Assembly (NCBI RefSeq): GCF_006345805.1
Contig: NW_021835540.1
Location: forward strand, 1-39,129
Origin: Octopus sinensis
Taxonomy: Eukaryota
Direction: 5' to 3'
Length of the DNA: 39,129 bases
This document shows positions 32,713-39,129 of this stretch, one piece after another (position 1 is the stretch's first letter; every line of letters begins with the position of its first letter). Under the pieces are notes generated by a model that did not search any database, was not told where the DNA came from, and saw only the letters and a list, made by a program, of their open reading frames with translations. Both the position numbers and the translations under genes were made by a program.

Positions 32713-32847
32713 AGAGGCTTCAAGAGTGTCAACGTCAATGTTGGTGGCATTGTCCATGGGGTACATGGCAGGTTGCTGCAGGGGTACGTTCAATTTGGGT
32801 GGCCAGTAGAGAATTTTGTAATAGTGGGAGATGTTGTTATGGTAACG
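32713..32847 (-). CDS. Candidate 135-nt coding exon (unassigned)
   Basis: Acceptor cactttcccctacacctcgcacatag, donor TCT|GTAAAG, phase 0-0. The frame opens exactly at the acceptor: RYHNNISHYYKILYWPPKLNVPLQQPAMYPMDNATNIDVDTLEAS. Non-repetitive and more GC-rich than its surroundings; no family recognised. Confidence 0.4.
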
Positions 32848-33085
32848 CTATGTGCGAGGTGTAGGGGAAAGTGATGGGTGTGTTTATTTCAGAAGTGATC
32901 TTACAGAATGATAATAAACGGATTGTAAAGGAAATAAAAATTGTTTAAATATGCTACGACGTAACACGACTCATTATTCACGTGCACAAATGCATATACA
33001 CACACATATACACACACGGACACGCAGACACACACATATACACATACACGCACATAATAATGTATATAGTTATACATACTTCAAT

Positions 33086-33116
<31 letters not shown>

Positions 33117-33117
33117 T

Positions 33118-33185
<68 letters not shown>

Positions 33186-33214
33186 GTGGACGGAGAGACA
33201 GAAAGGCAGATTTT

Positions 33215-33410
33215 TCCTTGAGGCTGGCCAGATTGGAGCAATCTCGAGTATAATCAACCGAAATTGCGAAGAGAATCTGGTACTCGACTGAGGAAAGAAA
33301 ACTCCGAATGACCCGTCCTTGTTTTCATTGTATCGTCTATCTGGATGTTTTGTTGTCCCCTTTTTGTATCACCTAGTTGTCCGTTATTTTGCATTCTTGA
33401 CCCATTTTGT
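33215..33410 (+). mobile_element. Possible Penelope-like terminal fragment with a decayed hammerhead core
   Basis: CTGAGGA (33288-33294) ...CTCC GAATGACC, followed by a T-rich tail; the GAAA half is mutated. Confidence 0.25.
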
Positions 33411-33412
33411 AT

Positions 33413-33462
<50 letters not shown>

Positions 33463-33463
<1 letters not shown>

Positions 33464-33745
33464 TGGATCATCCTATGGATAATGCGGTTTTTTTATACTT
33501 TTGAGTTTCAAAATTAAATTAAGCAAAATTCCTTTTTAATCTAAAATATACGCTCCTTCAGACTGAAGCCATTTTAAATCTGGCGGTGATTTTAACAGCT
33601 ACAACATTATTCTCGTGTTCCATTGCTGTCTACGGCAAAATGGTAGCGTTGATTCGTAACTATAACTTCCTAAACGTGTAGGAGATGATACCGAGGCGGT
33701 TTTGAAATGCTAAAGGGTTTAAGAAGATAATTGTTATAAATAGTG
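33463..33745 (+). mobile_element. Possible mariner-family 5' end fragment
   Basis: TA followed by TTGGATCATCCTATGGATAATGCGGTT, which resembles mariner TIRs ending TAAT(T)GCGGTT. No second TIR or ORF. Confidence 0.35.
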
Positions 33746-33810
33746 AGCCGATCAAAGCCTAGCGAGTGGATTTGGTTGACGGAAACCGGATGAAGCCCGT
33801 CGTATATATA

Positions 33811-34195
33811 CTCCTTTACTCTTTACTCTTTTACTTGTTTCAGTCATTTGACTGTGGCCATGCCGGAGCGCCGCCTTTAGTCAAGCAAATCGAACCCAGG
33901 ACTAATTTTTTCTAAGCCTAGTACTTATTCTATTGGTCCCTTTAGCCGAACCGCTAAGTTACGGGGACGTAAGCACATCAGCATCGGTTGTCAAGCGTTG
34001 TTGGGGTGAGGGACAAACACAGACACACAAACATATACACACATACATATATACGACAAGCTTCTTTCAGTCTCCGTCTACCAAATCCACTCACAAGGCT
34101 TTGGTCGGCCCGAGGCTATAGCAGAAGACACTTGCCCAAGGTGCCACGCAGTGGGACTGAACCCGGAACCATGTGGTTCGTAAGCAAGCTACTTA
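33811..34195 (-). mobile_element. SINE family B, nearly full-length
   Basis: Family organisation, with the first ~20 nt of the head missing. Confidence 0.92.
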
Positions 34196-35516
34196 GCACG
34201 AGTTTGCCCCCCACCCCGCCATCACTTGACGACCAAGTATGTTAATATAACTTGTCTCCTCCATATCTTAGCCGTTCGGCAAAAGACTGAAACACGCTAA
34301 AGAATAAAATAATAAGAGATTACTCTATGCAAAATTTTTGCAAGAGAATGTGAAAAATTATTAATGAGAAACATTAAATATTTGGGTTTTCATAGCTGAA
34401 AGAAAAGCGGTCGATCTTACTCACTATGAATATTCTATCCTGGTAGGAGCGCGGAGTGGCTCCCGTACAATTCTATAGCATGATATAGCGCAAACAAAAC
34501 CTGTAAGATTTGGGAGACTCGATAATCTCATGTTTTTCTACAAACCCCTTCTATTTTACTATTTACAGCCGCTTCCCCTCTTCCATTCAAACCTTTGTTT
34601 ACAGTAAACACTACTAGACAAGTCCCATTTGTCAACCATCTCTTGAAAAAGGCAGCCAGACTAATTGTAATAAGTTCATCTGGACTTGTCACCGATTGCA
34701 TGCATATGACATAATGTGCATATCATATATGAATGCACACTGGAGTCTACACAACTGATTAAAACTACCCTACAGGTGAAATCCTAGCATGGCTGCAGTC
34801 TAAATGCTGTAATAATTAAAAGAATACAAGAATATTTTATAAAAGAATGCTGACAGCAAATAATTCCCCAAAACGCTGAGCCTGCAAAGTAACTTAACTT
34901 TGTTAACATTGCCAGACAAATTAATTAATTGCTAATATGAGTTTAATAATATCAAATGGATATGGATATAAAAACGGGTAAAAATCTAACGAAAATAAAA
35001 GAATTTGTAATTTCAAAGATGTTTTTACTCTCTTTGCAAAGTTTAGAGTTATTTTGCTTTTATTTATCTATTTATCTATTTATTTTATTTTATTTATTTA
35101 TTTATTTATTTTGTATGGCTAGAGGCATTTGTTGGAATCTTTTTTGGTTTACTTTCATTCATTTATCATGATTTTCTTCACTATCTCTATTAGCACACCT
35201 TGTATTTTTGCAGACGTTCAATTACGTAATAATCTGGTTCATCTATATTTATGCGTAAGTGTTTGTGTTTGTTTATTTGTGTGTGTATGTGTGTGCGCGC
35301 GTACGTAAACGTGTGCATGTGCGCGAGCGCGTGTGTGGGTGCGTGTGTGTGATTGTGAATGCGTGTGAACAAATACACATATATATGTATATATGAATAT
35401 ATATATATATATATATAGTATATATATGTATATATATATATGTATATATATGTATATATATATATGTATGTATGTATATATATATATGTATATATATATA
35501 TATGTATGTATGTATG

Positions 35517-35575
<59 letters not shown>

Positions 35576-35776
35576 ATATATATGTGTGTATATATATATA
35601 TATATATAGCTTTGCATGTATACAGTAGTCTGAACACATGAAAATGTGTGTGTACGTACATAACATGTACGTGTATGTATTATATACAATAATGTATGTA
35701 TATATATATACACACACAAACAGCGGCATACTCACACACACAAAACATTCACACGCACACACACACACATATATAT

Positions 35777-35971
35777 AGGCGTGGACGTAACTGTGTCATC
35801 AGCCTGCTTCCCAACCACATGCTTCTGGGTTCAGTCCCAACCTGTGGCACCTTGCAAGTGTCTTCTACTATAGCCTCGAGCCAACCAAAGCTATGTGAGT
35901 ATATTTGGTAGACGGAAACAGAAAGAAGTCTGTCGGTATATCTGTATATACATGTGTGTGTGTGTGTGTGT

Positions 35972-36020
<49 letters not shown>

Positions 36021-36216
36021 TGTGTCAGTGTTTGTCTCCCACCGTAGCCCGACAACCGGTATTGCTGTGTTTACGTCCTCGTAACTTAGAGGTTCTGCAA
36101 ACGAAACTGATAAAATAATTACCAGGCTTTACCAAAAAAATTAGTATTGGGCTTTATTCATTCAACTAAAACAAAATTTTTGAAGGCGGTACCCCAGGAT
36201 AACCGCAGTCTAATGA
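35777..36216 (+). mobile_element. SINE family B, diverged
   Basis: GGCGTGGACGTAACTGTG...GTGGCACCTTGCAAGTGTC, plus the 3' module. Confidence 0.8.
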
Positions 36217-36249
36217 CTGCCATATGTAAAACGTAGAAGTTAATATATG

Positions 36250-36785
36250 CCAAGAATTTCTGGCCATTCCAGTTACGAAGAAACCGGATATTATCATATG
36301 GTGTGAAAGAAAGAAAGTAGTAAATATAGCCGAACTAACTGTTAATCTTGAAGATAGCATGGACACCACTCGGGATCGACTGTTATGAAAAATCTCCTGG
36401 AGGAATTTGAAGGCGCAGGCTGGAAAGCAGATTATTTTCCGATCGAACGTGGATGAAGAGAATTCATTGGTCATAATGTAAGGCGATTGTTGTTGTGGCT
36501 AGGCCTAACTAATCGTAAAGCAAATGCCATCATGAGGGATATCTAGAGTACAGTGGAGAGGACAAACCATGAGAAATGGCTAGAATATTGAGCGAAAGGA
36601 CGTAACCAGTTGATCTACCTAGCGGGGCCTCGTTTCAGTGAAGGGTGCCTGTGCGCAATGATGCCGTCGAGAGGAAAGCCCCCCCAAACGGCGCGCACTC
36701 TCCTCATGAGCCTCTTAGCTTGCTAGCATCCGGTATGCAGAGCTTTCAACCCGTAGCACATGCATCTGTAAGTTGTTTGCAAAAA
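36250..36785 (+). pseudogene. 3' fragment of an RLE-type (R2 superfamily, HERO-like) non-LTR retrotransposon
   Basis: KKPDIIIW (PD at 36284-36289) ... AELTVNLED; after a frameshift, LLEEFEGAGWK..FPIERG*REFIG. This matches the PD..ELTV..GW..PVEVGCRGF restriction-like endonuclease pattern, and a putative 3' UTR follows. Confidence 0.75.
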
Positions 36786-36800
36786 CTAATAATATATATA

Positions 36801-37200
36801 GGCGCAGGAATGGCTGTGTGGTAAGTAGCTTGCTAACCAACTACATGGTTGCGGGTTCAGTCCCACTGCGTGGCATCTTGGGCAAGTGTCTTCTGCTATA
36901 GCCTCGGGCCGACCAATGCCTTGTGAGTGGATTTGGTAGACGGAAACTGAAAGAAGCCTGTCGTATATATATATATGTATATATATGTGTGTGTGTGTAT
37001 GTTTGTGTGTCTGTGTTTGTCCCCCCAACATTGCTTGACAACCGATGCTGGTGTGTTTATGTCCCCGTTACTTAGCGGTTCGGCAAAAGAGACCAATAGA
37101 ATAAGTACTGGGCTTACAAAAAGAATAAGTCCCGGGGTCGAGTTGCTCGACTAAAGGCGGTGCTCCAGAATGGCCGCAGTCAAAGAGTAGAGAGTAAAAG
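36801..37200 (+). mobile_element. SINE family B, full-length
   Basis: Complete organisation; shares variants (TTTATGTCCCCGTTAC, GTCGAGTTGCTCGA) with the 24329 and 37815 copies. Confidence 0.93.
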
Positions 37201-37814
37201 AGATATAGATGTTGAAGTTGTGATTCAGGTAAAAAAAACAGTAAATACGAGACACTCAATTACTTCTAGGTATTGAATAGCGATATCGGAAATAAATTTG
37301 TATCGACTTATGATAACATCACATGCATATTTTCAAAATCTGTATGCATAAGAGAGAATATTATCCAATGAATCAGAGATTATTAAATATATATGATAAA
37401 TATATAATTATTTTTAACTATTTTCCATAAAGAGAACGCAGCATGAAATATATCTTCAATAGCTGATATATTTATAAAATCTTAACTTAATTCCATCGGG
37501 ACGGAAAATTTTCATATTTATAAATTTCATAAATTGAAAAATTCTAGGTTTTGAATAATTCTGAAGTGTACCTGTGATTACCGATAAATATTCTAGCAAA
37601 GATTTTGGTACGATGACACCAAATTTTTCTTTCAGTGTTTTATGTATATTTCATTTTATACATATACGGAATGTATCAAAAATGGCAACTTAGTTGGGTA
37701 TAATATTATATTTCGTCGTTATTTTTGTTGTTGCATGTGCAAAGCCTACTGACACCCAGACCATACTGAAATTTTCTTGTATGCAAGAAAAGGAACACAA
37801 AATTATCCTATATA

Positions 37815-38211
37815 GGCGCAGGAGTTGCTGTGTGGTAAGTAGCTTGTTTACCAACCACATGGTTCCGGGTTCAGCCCCACTGCGTGGCATCTTGGGTAAG
37901 TGTCTTCTACTATATCCTCGGGCCGACCAAAGCCTTGTGAGTGGATTTGTAGACGGAAACTGAAAGAAGCCCGTCGTATATATGTATATATATGTGTGCG
38001 TGTATGTTTGTGTGTCTGCGTTTGCCCCCCTAGCATTGCTTGACAACCGATGCTGGTGTGTTTATGTCCCCGTTACTTAGCGGTTCAGCAAGAGAGACCG
38101 ATAGAATAAGTATTGGGCTTACAAAAGAATAAGTCCCAGGGTCGAGTTGCTCGATTAAAGGCGGTGCTCCAGCATGGCCGCAGTCAAATAACTGAAACAA
38201 GTAAAAGAGTA
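37815..38211 (+). mobile_element. SINE family B, full-length
   Basis: Complete organisation. Confidence 0.93.
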
Positions 38212-38344
38212 TATATTCCTTGTTAAGACGAAGAAAATACATATGAGGGAGATCTAAACGATATAGGATGCCGAATTGGTTTTCATTTTTTTGGCTCATT
38301 GAATATTTCTCTTTCTCGTTCCCTTTATGCTTTTCTCCTTTTTG

Positions 38345-38376
38345 CTGATGAAGAGCGATCGTCCGAAACGTTGAGA
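38345..38376 (+). ncRNA. Hammerhead core relic
   Basis: CTGATGA A GAGCGATCGTCC GAAA CG T T: both core halves and the ACGT helix III are present, but stem II is imperfect and stem I does not form. Confidence 0.35.
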
Positions 38377-38774
38377 CGATTTCACTTTTCATTAAAGCAT
38401 GAAACTAATACATTATTTGCAAAACCTTTAGTCTGCTGTGTTGTTTATCATTATTCATTGTATTTACGCCATAAATAAAGCTACGACAGTCTCATCAGTA
38501 CGTACTTTAATCGGCCTTTTAGCATCACAACCTTTCCTCAACAAACACCTAGACAATAGCAGCTGGATGGATACGGAACTGGTAATTTATTTATCTACTG
38601 CGGGTGTATATTTGGTAAAGTTCACCATTGACCACGCTGAGATTTGAACTCATTCCGTAGAGAACTACAACAAATAGTGCATTTTATTGTGAATCTTCGG
38701 TTTTGCCATCATGAATTATGATACGACAAATACACACACAACAAATCAAACACAACTATAAACGCAAAGATATA

Positions 38775-38826
<52 letters not shown>

Positions 38827-39129
38827 ATATATTATATATATATATGGGTATAAACGCACGCATATATAGTGTTATATTAAATACTCACATAGATACACAT
38901 ATAGATATCATCTCGATCCAAATTGTTATCCTAGGTAACCGGTTGCTTATTTGGGAAATATACTACTTTCAGAATATAGAATATCTAAAACCAGAGAGCA
39001 ATTTATATAAATCAAAATTAAATTATATATATGTATACGTATAGATATACGCACACACACGTACACACATATGTAAACGTTTTATACTTATATATTACAT
39101 TAAACAAATTTATATTCATGTGGATACAT

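Noticed and set aside
37682-37815. Signal-peptide-like reading MAT*LGIILYFVVIFVVACAKPTDTQ
   Set aside because: There is an in-frame TAG at codon 4, the frame runs into a SINE, and T-rich DNA readily gives hydrophobic runs.
132-39044. Dozens of ORFs rich in YI, CV, HT, LSIY, MYVC, poly-I, poly-N or poly-S
   Set aside because: They are translations of (TA)n, (CA)n, (GATA)n, (ATGT)n, (AAT)n and (GAA)n microsatellites.

Overview
Repeat-saturated, AT-rich animal genomic DNA, apparently intronic or intergenic. It is most likely a coleoid cephalopod (Octopus-like), judged only from my recollection of these SINE families and not verified by a search. There is no complete protein-coding gene, no true tRNA/rRNA gene and no CRISPR array, and most ORFs in the supplied track are microsatellite or SINE artefacts. 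Contents: about 35-40 full or partial copies of five tRNA-derived SINE families (my own labels A-E); a dead D,D34D mariner; a TTAA-flanked piggyBac-type MITE; a complete non-autonomous Helitron-type element; a hAT-like MITE; decayed APE-type and RLE-type LINE fragments; a 30-bp satellite broken by nested insertions; several local fold-backs and duplications; and a few low-confidence exon candidates. Best leads: (1) a fully canonical type I hammerhead ribozyme on the minus strand at 8709-8765, plus several hammerhead relics; (2) a tRNA-headed SINE whose 3' tail carries a Penelope-style minimal hammerhead; (3) two SINE dimers, each bounded by a single target-site duplication (TSD), suggesting multimeric SINE mobilisation.
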